Positions 30,001 through 41,819 of a stretch of 64,000 nucleotides of DNA are shown here, one piece after another. Position numbers and translations under genes: made by a program. The stretch's first letter is position 1, and each line of letters opens with the position of its first letter. Source of the stretch: Eledone cirrhosa (Eukaryota); assembly GCA_964016885.1 (NCBI GenBank), contig OZ024740.1, forward strand, positions 2,914,001 through 2,978,000. The letters are read 5' to 3'. Below the pieces are notes generated by a model. The model did no database searches, was not told the DNA's origin, and saw only the letters and a program-made list of their open reading frames with translations.

Positions 30001-33000
30001 CGGAGCTGTGACCTCTCAATTCAGAGATTCTTTCCTGAGACATTCTAGCCACATGTTGATAGTATCGGAGCTGTGACCTCTCAATTCAGAGATTCTTTCC
30101 ATGAGACATTCTAGCCACATGTTGATAGTATCGGAGCTGTGACCTCTCAATTCAGAGATTCTTTCCATGAGACATTCTAACCACATGTTGATAGTATCGG
30201 AGCTGTGACCTCTCAATTCAGAGATTCTTTCCTGAGACATTCTAACCACATGTTGATAGTATCAGAGCTGTGACCTCTCAATTCAGAGATTCTTTCCATG
30301 AGACATTCTAACCACATGTTGATAGTATCAGAGCTGTGACCTCTCAATTCAGAGATTCTTTCCTCAGACATTCTAACCACATGTTGATAGTATCGGAGCT
30401 GTGACCTCTCAATTCAGAGATTCTATCCTGAGACATTCTAACCACATGTTGATAGTATCAGAGCTGTGACCTCTCAATTCAGAGATTCTTTCCATGAGAC
30501 ATTCTATCCACATGTTGATAGTATCGGAGCTGTGACCTCTCAATTCAGAGATTCTTTCCATGAGACATTCTAACCACATGTTGATAGTATCAGAGCTGTG
30601 ACCTCTCAATTCAGAGATTCTTTCCTGAGTCATTCTAGCCACATGTTGATAGTATCAGAGCTGTGACCTCTCAATTCAGAGATTCTTTCCATGAGACATT
30701 CTAACCACATGTTGATAGTATCAGAGCTGTGACCTCTCAATTCAGAGATTCTTTCCTGAGACATTCTAACCACATGTTTATAGTATCGGAGCTGTGACCT
30801 CTCAATTCAGAGATTCTTTCCTGAGACATTCTAGCCACATGTTGATAGTATCGGAGCTGTGACCTCTCAATTCAGAGATTCTTTCCTGAGACATTCTAAC
30901 CACATGTTGATAGTATCGGAGCTGTGACCTCTCAATTCAGAGATTCTTTCCATGAGACATTCTAGCCACATGTTGATAGTATCGGAGCTGTGACCTCTCA
31001 ATTCAGAGATTCTTTCCTGAGACATTCTAACCACATGTTGATAGTATCGGAGCTGTGACCTCTCAATTCAGAGATTCTTTCCTGAGACATTCTAGCCACA
31101 TGTTGATAGTATCGGAGCTGTGACCTCTCAATTCAGAGATTCTTTCCATGAGACATTCTAGCCACATGTTGATAGTATCGGAGCTGTGACCTCTCAATTC
31201 AGAGATTCTTTCCATGAGACATTCTAACCACATGTTGATAGTATCGGAGCTGTGACCTCTCAATTCAGAGATTCTTTCCTGAGACATTCTAACCACATGT
31301 TGATAGTATCAGAGCTGTGACCTCTCAATTCAGAGATTCTTTCCATGAGACATTCTAACCACATGTTGATAGTATCAGAGCTGTGACCTCTCAATTCAGA
31401 GATTCTTTCCTGAGACATTCTAACCACATGTTGATAGTATCGGAGCTGTGACCTCTCAATTCAGAGATTCTTTCCTGAGACATTCTAACCACATGTTGAT
31501 AGTATCAGAGCTGTGACCTCTCAATTCAGAGATTCTTTCCTGAGACATTCTAACCACATGTTGATAGTATCAGAGCTGTGACCTCTCAATTCAGAGATTC
31601 TTTCCTGAGACATTCTAGCCACATGTTGATAGTGTCGGAGCTGTGACCTCTCAATTCAGAGATTCTTTCCTGAGACATTCTAACCACATGTTGATAGTAT
31701 CAGAGCTGTGACCTCTCAATTCAGAGATTCTTTCCTGAGACATTCTAGCCACATGTTGATAGTATCAGAGCTGTGACCTCTCAATTCAGAGATTCTTTCC
31801 TGAGACATTCTAACCACATGTTGATAGTATCAGAGCTGTGACCTCTCAATTCAGAGATTCTTTCCTGAGACATTCTAACCACATGTTGATAGTATCAGAG
31901 CTGTGACCTCTCAATTCAGAGATTCTTTCCTGAGACATTCTAGCCACATGTTGATAGTATCAGAGCTGTGACCTCTCAATTCAGAGATTCTTTCCTGAGA
32001 CATTCTAACCACATGTTTATAGTATCGGAGCTGTGACCTCTCAATTCAGAGATTCTTTCCTGAGACATTCTAGCCACATGTTGATAGTATCGGAGCTGTG
32101 ACCTCTCAATTCAGAGATTCTTTCCATGAGACATTCTAGCCACATGTTGATAGTATCGGAGCTGTGACCTCTCAATTCAGAGATTCTTTCCATGAGACAT
32201 TCTAACCACATGTTGATAGTATCGGAGCTGTGACCTCTCAATTCAGAGATTCTTTCCTGAGACATTCTAACCACATGTTGATAGTATCAGAGCTGTGACC
32301 TCTCAATTCAGAGATTCTTTCCATGAGACATTCTAACCACATGTTGATAGTATCAGAGCTGTGACCTCTCAATTCAGAGATTCTTTCCTGAGACATTCTA
32401 ACCACATGTTGATAGTATCGGAGCTGTGACCTCTCAATTCAGAGATTCTATCCTGAGACATTCTAACCACATGTTGATAGTATCAGAGCTGTGACCTCTC
32501 AATTCAGAGATTCTTTCCATGAGACATTCTATCCACATGTTGATAGTATCGGAGCTGTGACCTCTCAATTCAGAGATTCTTTCCATGAGACATTCTAACC
32601 ACATGTTGATAGTATCAGAGCTGTGACCTCTCAATTCAGAGATTCTTTCCTGAGTCATTCTAGCCACATGTTGATAGTATCAGAGCTGTGACCTCTCAAT
32701 TCAGAGATTCTTTCCATGAGACATTCTAACCACATGTTGATAGTATCAGAGCTGTGACCTCTCAATTCAGAGATTCTTTCCTGAGACATTCTAACCACAT
32801 GTTTATAGTATCGGAGCTGTGACCTCTCAATTCAGAGATTCTTTCCTGAGACATTCTAGCCACATGTTGATAGTATCGGAGCTGTGACCTCTCAATTCAG
32901 AGATTCTTTCCTGAGACATTCTAACCACATGTTGATAGTATCGGAGCTGTGACCTCTCAATTCAGAGATTCTTTCCATGAGACATTCTAGCCACATGTTG

Positions 33001-35230
33001 ATAGTATCGGAGCTGTGACCTCTCAATTCAGAGATTCTTTCCTGAGACATTCTAACCACATGTTGATAGTATCGGAGCTGTGACCTCTCAATTCAGAGAT
33101 TCTTTCCTGAGACATTCTAGCCACATGTTGATAGTATCGGAGCTGTGACCTCTCAATTCAGAGATTCTTTCCATGAGACATTCTAGCCACATGTTGATAG
33201 TATCGGAGCTGTGACCTCTCAATTCAGAGATTCTTTCCATGAGACATTCTAACCACATGTTGATAGTATCGGAGCTGTGACCTCTCAATTCAGAGATTCT
33301 TTCCTGAGACATTCTAACCACATGTTGATAGTATCAGAGCTGTGACCTCTCAATTCAGAGATTCTTTCCATGAGACATTCTAACCACATGTTGATAGTAT
33401 CAGAGCTGTGACCTCTCAATTCAGAGATTCTTTCCTGAGACATTCTAACCACATGTTGATAGTATCGGAGCTGTGACCTCTCAATTCAGAGATTCTTTCC
33501 TGAGACATTCTAACCACATGTTGATAGTATCAGAGCTGTGACCTCTCAATTCAGAGATTCTTTCCTGAGACATTCTAACCACATGTTGATAGTATCAGAG
33601 CTGTGACCTCTCAATTCAGAGATTCTTTCCTGAGACATTCTAACCACATGTTGATAGTATCAGAGCTGTGACCTCTCAATTCAGAGATTCTTTCCTGAGA
33701 CATTCTAACCACATGTTGATAGTATCAGAGCTGTGACCTCTCAATTCAGAGATTCTTTCCTGAGACATTCTAGCCACATGTTGATAGTGTCGGAGCTGTG
33801 ACCTCTCAATTCAGAGATTCTTTCCTGAGACATTCTAACCACATGTTGATAGTATCAGAGCTGTGACCTCTCAATTCAGAGATTCTTTCCTGAGACATTC
33901 TAGCCACATGTTGATAGTATCAGAGCTGTGACCTCTCAATTCAGAGATTCTTTCCTGAGACATTCTAACCACATGTTGATAGTATCAGAGCTGTGACCTC
34001 TCAATTCAGAGATTCTTTCCTGAGACATTCTAACCACATGTTGATAGTATCAGAGCTGTGACCTCTCAATTCAGAGATTCTTTCCTGAGACATTCTAGCC
34101 ACATGTTGATAGTATCAGAGCTGTGACCTCTCAATTCAGAGATTCTTTCCTGAGACATTCTAACCACATGTTGATAGTATCAGAGCTGTGACCTCTCAAT
34201 TCAGAGATTCTTTCCTGAGACATTCTAACCACATGTTGATAGTATCAGATCTGTGACCTCTCAATTCAGAGATTCTTTCCTGAGACATTCTAGCCACATG
34301 TTGATAGTATCAGAGCTGTGACCTCTCAATTCAGAGATTCTTTCCTGAGACATTCTAACCACATGTTGATAGTATCAGAGCTGTGACCTCTCAATTCAGA
34401 GATTCTTTCCTGTGACATTCTAACCACATGTTGATAGTATCAGAGCTGTGACCTCTCAATTCAGAGATTCTTTCCTGAGACATTCTAGCCACATGTTGAT
34501 AGTATCAGAGCTGTGACCTCTCAATTCAGAGATTCTTTCCTGAGACATTCTAACCACATGTTGATAGTATCAGAGCTGTGACCTCTCAATTCAGAGATTC
34601 TTTCCTGAGACATTCTAACCACATGTTGATAGTATCAGAGCTGTGACCTCTCAATTCAGAGATTCTTTCCTGAGACATTCTAGCCACATGTTGATAGTGT
34701 CGGAGCTGTGACCTCTCAATTCAGAGATTCTTTCCTGAGACATTCTAGCCACATGTTGATAGTATCGGAGCTGTGACCTCTCAATTCAGAGATTCTTTCC
34801 TGAGACATTCTAGCCACATGTTGATAGTGTCGGAGCTGTGACCTCTCAATTCAGAGATTCTTTCCTGAGACATTCTAGCCACATGTTGATAGTGTCGGAG
34901 CTGTGACCTCTCAATTCAGAGATTCTTTCCTGAGACATTCTAGCCACATGTTGATAGTGTCGGAGCTGTGACCTCTCAATTCAGAGATTCTTTCCTGAGA
35001 CATTCTAGCCACATGTTGATAGTATCGGAGCTGTGACCTCTCAATTCAGAGATTCTTTCCTGAGACATTCTAGCCACATGTTGATAGTGTCGGAGCTGTG
35101 ACCTCTCAATTCAGAGATTCTTTCCTGAGACATTCTAGCCACATGTTGATAGTGTCGGAGCTGTGACCTCTCAATTCAGAGATTCTTTCCTGAGACATTC
35201 TAACCACATGTTCATAGTATCGGAGCTGTG
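1..35230. repeat. 65/66-bp tandem satellite, >35 kb (runs off window start), roughly 540 monomers
   Basis: Monomer AATTCAGAGATTCTTTCC(A)TGAGACATTCTA[A/G]CCACATGTTGATAGTATC[A/G]GAGCTGTGACCTCTC repeats head-to-tail; 65 vs 66 bp differ by CCTG vs CCATG; the array ends at ...CGGAGCTGTG near 35230. Confidence 0.99.
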
Positions 35231-35287
35231 AGTGGCTCTATCCGGAGTGACTCTCTCATCTCCGAGCTACGCACTTTATTGAGTAAC
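35231..35287 (-). pseudogene. RTE-clade (Rex3/Expander-like) LINE ORF remnant contiguous with the satellite
   Basis: Minus strand reads LLNKVRSSEMRESLRIEPL, then after a small deletion QLRYYEHVVRMSQERI. This resembles the recalled Rex3/Expander-type motif 'RVRSSxIRExLxVEPLLLRIERSQLRWxGHxxRM'. Confidence 0.75.
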
Positions 35288-35295
35288 TTTACTGG

Positions 35296-35415
35296 CGTAT
35301 TCTTTTATTAGTATCTCTGGATGAAAGTTGACTTGGGCTGAATTTAATCTCCAAACCTGCGATCAAATTCTGCCGAAGTCAACATTCATCCACGGGATAC
35401 TGATAAAATAACGAG
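35296..35415. repeat. Degenerate inverted pair of SINE-like fragments
   Basis: GGATGAAAGTTGACTTGGGCTGAATTT is inverted relative to AAATTCTGCCGAAGTCAACATTCATCC; related fragments lie near 52290-52360 and 55520-55585. Confidence 0.45.
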
Positions 35416-35829
35416 CAAGTTAAGTAATATAGGAGATATAATTCGCTAACCCTCTTCTCTCAAATTTCTTGTCTTGTACCTCGTATGTTAGATCCCCAGT
35501 AAAAACAGATATATGTATGATTTCTTATCTGCATCACCCCCCCCCCCAAAAAAAAAAAAATAAGGGTAAAGTAAAAAGAAAACCACTTTCAAGTAATGCT
35601 ATCTTCATTGTACATTTAAAATATATTATGTCTTCCCACCTATTTTGAAAACAGTTATTTATTTATTTAATTATTTATTTGAAGGGAAAAAGATATAGAT
35701 TTTATTCACAATTGTATAAATAATATTAAAAATACATAAATAACATAACAAATATAATGTCCTTGAGAAACACAAATATAAACACATATAACAAATACAA
35801 TCAACGATTGAAAGGAATCTCACAAATAC

Positions 35830-36930
35830 AACAATGGCCTTGCTCAGTATGTAGGAAAGGTGTAGGTAGGAACTCCATTCTTTGCCCCAAATGCAAACAA
35901 TGGGTACACAAGAGATGTAGCGGGATCTCAGGAAGCTTAATTAAGAATGTAGGATTCACATGCAGCAGCTGTGCTGAAACAGCAAGCAAACAGCCACAGG
36001 AAACAAGTACCACCAATCTCTGGGAGGGCCCTGTAGAAACAGTAGACAGCTTCTGCTACCTAGGTGACCGAATTAGCAACGGAGGTGGGTGCTCAGAAAG
36101 TACAATAACTAGGGTAAGAACGGGATGGAAGAAGTTTAGGGAACTACTACCACTGCTAGCTGCAAAAGGCTTCTCCCTCAGAATGAAAGGCAGACTGTAT
36201 GATGCGTGTATCCGAACAGCGATGTTGCATGGTAGTGAGACCTGGGCGCTGAAGGTGGAAGACTTACGTAGATTAGAGAGAAACGAAGCCTGCATGCTCC
36301 GATGGATGTGTAACAGTAATATACGTGAACGACAAAGCATAAAGGAATTGAGAGAGAGACTGAGCATAAGAGGAATCAAATGCTGCGTGCAGGAGAGGCG
36401 GTTACGCTGGTATGGACATGTGATGCGTATGAAGGATGACAGCTGCATAAAAAGGTGCAGAGCACTAGAAGTTGATGGAAACCGCGGAGTGGGGAGACCC
36501 AAGATGACTTGGGATGAGGTGATAAAAGCCGACCTTACCCAACTACACCTCTCAAAGTCAATGACACACGACCGTGACCTCTGGCGTCACGCAGTAATAC
36601 AGGGTACCCGACCTCCCATGGGTACATGCTGAAGCATATAATCAATATGCCCCCCCCCCCCCGCAAGGTGGTCGTGGAGGTGCCACGGCAAAAAAGCACC
36701 CAGCCCACACTGTAAAGTGGACGTGTAGGCGCCACGAAAAAGCACCCAGCACTCACTGTAAATGAGGTTGGTGTTAGGAAGGGCATCCAGCTGTAGAAAT
36801 CAAGCCAGATCAGTTCCTGTATGAGCAAGGCATGGTCAGCCGACCAGACACTGCCCACAACAGGACAACCCGTCTAACCCATGCTAGCGTGGAAGAACGG
36901 ACGTAAAACGGTGATGATGATGATGATGAC
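35830..36930 (+). mobile_element. 5'-truncated RTE-type LINE: ORF C-terminus, 3' UTR and (GAT)n tail
   Basis: ORF 35757-36632 has a Cys/His finger (WPCSVC...CPKCKQWVHKRC...CSSC), 'VDSFCYLGD', 'MLHGSETW', 'RRLRWYGHVMR' and 'RGVGRPKMTW', typical of the RTE post-RT region. The UTR ends GGACGTAAAACGGTGATGATGATGATGATGAC. The first ~25 codons look like AT-rich flank. Confidence 0.92.
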
Positions 36931-37312
36931 AACACCAAAATATATGACCAGAGAGAAAGAAAAGAGAGAAAAAAAGAAAATAGAAAAAAGGGGTAGCAAA
37001 AAACAAAGAACGAAAACAACCATCAATTGACCACCAAATGTGACAATTGGTCACACATTATAAGGCCCAACGGAACACTTTGAGACAAGCCAAAATATAT
37101 TTTGTCATTTCTTACACACACAAGTATATACGATATAATTTGTGAAGTGTTTTACATTTGTTGTCTCAATAACGAGATACCGTTGACATAGAAATCAAAT
37201 GACAGGGAATACCAAATATTAAATGATGATAATGAAAATTATTGTGTACAGTGTACAGTGCTCAGGTGCACTACATTACATATATACATAATATATATAT
37301 ATATATACATAT

Positions 37313-37635
37313 TTCATTTTACGTCCGCTTTTTCCCTGCTTGCAAGGGTGGGACGTGAACTGATTCTGGCTTGATCTCTACAGCTGGATGCCCTTCCTAA
37401 CACCAACCTCATTTACAGTGAGTGCTGGGTGCTTTTTTGCCGTGGCACCTCCATGACCACTTTGTAGTGGAATAATATGGACCCCAGTCCCTATCATCTC
37501 ATTTCTACAGCTGAGTAAACTGGAGCAATGTGAAATAAAGTGTCTTGCTCAAAGAAACAACACATCACCTAGTCTGAGAATTGAACTCACAACCTTTCGA
37601 TTGCAAGGCCAATGCTCTAACCACTAAGCCATGTG
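37313..37635 (-). mobile_element. tRNA-derived SINE with CORE-like centre and RTE-derived 3' tail
   Basis: Minus-strand head CACATGGCTTAGTGGTTAGAGCATTGG...GAGTTCAATTC (Pol III A/B boxes), then TTGAGCAAGACACTT, then a tail matching the LINE 3' UTR at 36740-36810. Confidence 0.85.
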
Positions 37636-37679
37636 GTTACAAACACACCGAGCATTATAATAAATGTTCGGTGAATCCA

Positions 37680-37835
37680 TACGTACATATATATATGTGT
37701 GCATGTGTATATATATATATATATATATACACATACTACTGTACGTCTGTATACATATATGTATGTACGTGTACATACTTATATTTAAGTAACGGCCGTA
37801 CTAAGAGTGAGAAATGAAATTTCGTTTCATTTTTT
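37680..37835. mobile_element. Right half of a putative MITE
   Basis: Internal CTACTGTACGTCTGTATACATATATGTATGTACG is shared with 45471-45505; terminal TACTAAGAGTGAGAAATGAAATTTCGTTT is the reverse complement of about 45299-45327. Confidence 0.55.
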
Positions 37836-38274
37836 CTGTTTATATATATATTTTAATTATGTCTCATATAAAATAATGCAACTGGCTATCTGCAAAATAC
37901 GTATAGTTAGCACCCCAAACGTATAATTGGGATTATACTAAGGTATATCCTCATGTTTGTGGAGCGAGACGGAAGCCGGTCGGAGTATTGCTTAAAGCTT
38001 TCTCTGTTAATGTATTAAATATATATATATATATATATATTTAGAAACACACAGATACATGCGGACACACACATATATACATGAATGCATCCGCACCCAA
38101 CTGTGAGTTAAGGGTGCCAACTTCACCGATGTTGCTCAATGAATGACTGGGACAGACCAATTCAGTTTGAACCAGACTGAACCAGTATCAGAGTTAAAAA
38201 TACATTATGAAGAGAGAAGAAACATTTAGATATAATTAGTAATAAAATGTATCATACCTAAACTGTTCCTAAAT

Positions 38275-38362
38275 TCCTCGACTACGTAGTTTCGTGGCAT
38301 AAACAAAAACAATATATCAAAGATATAGAGTCCTTGCGAGGTCTGCCGACTTATCAAGAGGA
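38275..38362 (-). ncRNA. Type I hammerhead ribozyme, family A, copy 1
   Basis: Reverse complement of the 39755-39842 motif. Confidence 0.8.
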
Positions 38363-38865
38363 TACCTCATTTTACTAGTCTCAAGAACGCGTCTACACGA
38401 CGTGAGAAAGAATCCCAAAAGGCGGAGGGGGAGACAGTCACGCGATATAACGGTCGAGAAACAGAGCTAAGCCTCTTATAACCACGAAGAAAATACCACG
38501 GAGGCGGAGGGGGTATTCATATCGAGGCCGTAGAAGAGGTAGTGAAGAAGGCGAGAAGTATGAGTAATGGAAGCTTTCCAGTTGTCCCCACACTTCAAAG
38601 ATTGCTCGACCAGAGGGAGTTATTAATATATTTAGAAACACACAGATACATGCGGACACACACATATATACATGAATGCATCCGCACCCAACTGTGAGTT
38701 AAGGGTGCCAACTTCACCGATGTTGCTCAATGAATGACTGGGACAGACCAATTCAGTTTGAACCAGACTGAACCAGTATCAGAGTTAAAAATACATTATG
38801 AAGAGAGAAGAAACATTTAGATATAATTAGTAATAAAATGTATCATACCTAAACTGTTCCTAAAT

Positions 38866-38953
38866 TCCTCGACTACGTAGTTTCGTGGCATAAACAAAAA
38901 CAATATATCAAAGATATAGAGTCCTTGCGAGGTCTGCCGACTTATCAAGAGGA
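38866..38953 (-). ncRNA. Type I hammerhead ribozyme, family A, copy 2
   Basis: Same motif 591 bp from copy 1. Confidence 0.8.
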
Positions 38954-39754
38954 TACCTCATTTTACTAGTCTCAAGAACGCGTCTACACGACGTGAGAAA
39001 GAATCCCAAAAGGCGGAGGGGGAGACAGTCACGCGATATAACGGTCGAGAAACAGAGCTAAGCCTCTTATAACCACGAAGAAAATACCACGGAGGCGGAG
39101 GGGGTATTCATATCGAGGCCGTAGAAGAGGTAGTGAAGAAGGCGAGAAGTATGAGTAATGGAAGCTTTCCAGTTGTCCCCACACTTCAAAGATTGCTCGA
39201 CCAGAGGGAGTTATTAATATATTTAGAAACACACAGATACATGCGGACACACACATATATACATGAATGCATCCGCACCCAACTGTGAGTTAAGGGTGCC
39301 AACTTCACCGATGTTGCTCAATGAATGACTGGGACAGATACTGGTTCAGTCTGGTTCAAACTGAATTGGTCTGTCCCAGTCATTCATTGAGCAACATCGG
39401 TGAAGTTGGCACCCTTAACTCACAGTTGGGTGCGGATGCATTCATGTATATATGTGTGTGTCCGCATGTATCTGTGTGTTTCTAAATATATTAATAACTC
39501 CCTCTGGTCGAGCAATCTTTGAAGTGTGGGGACAACTGGAAAGCTTCCATTACTCATACTTCTCGCCTTCTTCACTACCTCTTCTACGGCCTCGATATGA
39601 ATACCCCCTCCGCCTCCGTGGTATTTTCTTCGTGGTTATAAGAGGCTTAGCTCTGTTTCTCGACCCTTATATCGCGTGACTGTCTCCCCCTCCGCCTTTT
39701 GGGATTCTTTCTCACGTCGTGTAGACGCGTTCTTGAGACTAGTAAAATGAGGTA

Positions 39755-39842
39755 TCCTCTTGATAAGTCGGCAGACCTCGCAAGGACTCTATATCTTTGA
39801 TATATTGTTTTTGTTTATGCCACGAAACTACGTAGTCGAGGA
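39755..39842 (+). ncRNA. Type I hammerhead ribozyme, family A, copy 3 (U3-A8 core variant)
   Basis: Stem I TCCTC/GAGGA; core TTGATAA; stem II GT(C)GGCA...TGCCAC; GAAA; palindromic stem III CTACGTAG; GUC site with predicted cleavage after 39837. Confidence 0.82.
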
Positions 39843-40345
39843 ATTTAGGAACAGTTTAGGTATGATACATTTTATTACTAATTATATCTAAATGTTTCTT
39901 CTCTCTTCATAATGTATTTTTAACTCTGATACTGGTTCAGTCTGGTTCAAACTGAATTGGTCTGTCCCAGTCATTCATTGAGCAACATCGGTGAAGTTGG
40001 CACCCTTAACTCACAGTTGGGTGCGGATGCATTCATGTATATATGTGTGTGTCCGCATGTATCTGTGTGTTTCTAAATATATTAATAACTCCCTCTGGTC
40101 GAGCAATCTTTGAAGTGTGGGGACAACTGGAAAGCTTCCATTACTCATACTTCTCGCCTTCTTCACTACCTCTTCTACGGCCTCGATATGAATACCCCCT
40201 CCGCCTCCGTGGTATTTTCTTCGTGGTTATAAGAGGCTTAGCTCTGTTTCTCGACCGTTATATCGCGTGACTGTCTCCCCCTCCGCCTTTTGGGATTCTT
40301 TCTCACGTCGTGTAGACGCGTTCTTGAGACTAGTAAAATGAGGTA

Positions 40346-40433
40346 TCCTCTTGATAAGTCGGCAGACCTCGCAAGGACTCTATATCTTTGATATATTGTT
40401 TTTGTTTATGCCACGAAACTACGTAGTCGAGGA
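40346..40433 (+). ncRNA. Type I hammerhead ribozyme, family A, copy 4
   Basis: Same motif 591 bp from copy 3; predicted cleavage after 40428. Confidence 0.82.
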
Positions 40434-40502
40434 ATTTAGGAACAGTTTAGGTATGATACATTTTATTACTAATTATATCTAAATGTTTCTTCTCTCTTCA
40501 TA

Positions 40503-40555
<53 letters not shown>

Positions 40556-40644
40556 GATAAATCTACCAAAATGTACGGTAATGTCCAATCCGTATGAAGA
40601 ACTCAATGTAATCCGAATATCATGAAAAGAGATGTATTCCAAAA

Positions 40645-40777
40645 ATTTGGTTTCTTTACCGGTTTCGCAGTTCTTCTGCTTTTCAAAAGGTGAAGATGTG
40701 AGAAAAACCACAGACCCTCCATCTCAACTCACCTTTTGAAAAGCAGAAGAACTGCGAAACCGGTAAAGGAACCAAAT
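40645..40777. mobile_element. Small fold-back (about 48-bp arms) made of two inverted minimal HHRs
   Basis: TTTACCGGTTTCGCAGTTCTTCTGCTTTTCAAAAGGTGA ... TCACCTTTTGAAAAGCAGAAGAACTGCGAAACCGGTAAA. Confidence 0.85.
40732..40769 (+). ncRNA. Minimal type I hammerhead ribozyme, family B (inverted copy at 40653-40690, minus strand)
   Basis: CCTT-TTGAAAA-GCAG-AAGAA-CTGC-GAAA-CCGG-TA-AAGG: stem I, U3/A8 core, stem II, palindromic CCGG stem III, GUA site. Confidence 0.75.
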
Positions 40778-40901
40778 AAATATATATATTTTTTTAAAAA
40801 ATAAGACTCCAGTTGCACTTTCGATTTCATCTCTTTTTCTTTATACTTTCACTCGTGTAGGACACCTCGGTTATTTTTCATTTTGTTAAAAACAACCTCA
40901 C

Positions 40902-40951
<50 letters not shown>

Positions 40952-41608
40952 CAATAATAAATCAATAATAATGAGTTCAAAACTCAGGTAGTCTTTTACA
41001 ATGAAATAGCTCAAAGAAAGAGTATTTCTGAGCCGTGTAATACATGTTAATATAAATTAATATATTTGATAAACACAAATACCAACATATTCATGTTTGT
41101 ATTGTAAATGACCAAGTTAGCTAGATTGAAATATACTAATAATAATATTACAGTTTGCCTGTCTTGGTTTAAGATAATAAATCAACAAAAACAAATCGTA
41201 TTGGCAATGGCCGTGATGCTTGGACAAATTTAAATTTCAAAATCAAACCTGTTCCGTAGACAGGTTTAAACCTTAAAATCCAAATATGTTTCGAATAATG
41301 AAAAAGTGGAAGAAATACCGCATTTTGATCTCCTCAGCAAGCACTATAAAAATTGGTATGTTCCACTTCAAAATATTTAGAAAGACTGTTTAACGCACGA
41401 GGTAATTTCACGCGGTTATCCAGTGTCTAGCTAGTCTCCTACCCGTGCTGCTAGAAATAACAGCCGTTTGTATGGGGCTAAATTCAGCTCAACGAAGGAG
41501 CAGTGATAAATCAATTGCCAATACGATTTGTTTTTGTTGATATATATATATAGAGAGAGAGATAGATAGATAAATATACACAGGTGTGTATGATTGTGTA
41601 TAGAAGAT

Positions 41609-41819
41609 TATATTAATAAGAGGAATTCCAACTTTGTCTGATTTACTCGTTTTATTTACAATCCTTTAAAATTTATAATGGTATTATAATGAAATAGTAT
41701 GATAGAATATTAAATTCTAAGTGTTAAATTCTATCATACTATTTCATTATAATACCATTATAAATTTTCAAGGATTGTAAATAAAACGAGTAAATCAGAC
41801 AAAGTTGGAATTCCTCTTA

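Larger units (their letters stand above)
38036..40506. mobile_element. 591-bp HHR-bearing unit in tandem plus head-to-head inverted arrangement (Penelope pseudo-LTR / retrozyme-like)
   Basis: About 2.2 copies on the minus strand (38036-39337) and about 2 on the plus strand (39338-40506); period 591 (e.g. 38438 vs 39029); (TA)n on both sides; one HHR per full unit. Confidence 0.88.

Noticed and set aside
391-33321. Dozens of ORFs with the 22-aa repeat ERISELRGHSSDTINMWLECLM
   Set aside because: These come from runs of in-frame 66-bp monomers, and each 65-bp monomer shifts the frame. The LINE-like reading is a different frame that contains a stop in every monomer.
1-35230. CRISPR-like regular array
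   Set aside because: There are no unique spacers and no cas genes, and the context is eukaryotic with spliceosomal introns.
35801-37019. Minus-strand ORFs over the LINE
   Set aside because: Antisense shadows of the RTE ORF and UTR.
38438-40270. Four copies of a 75-aa ORF (MCVSACICV...)
   Set aside because: It starts in a TA/TG microsatellite-like patch, has no recognisable domain, and is conserved only because the repeat copies are near-identical. Translation is not strictly excluded.
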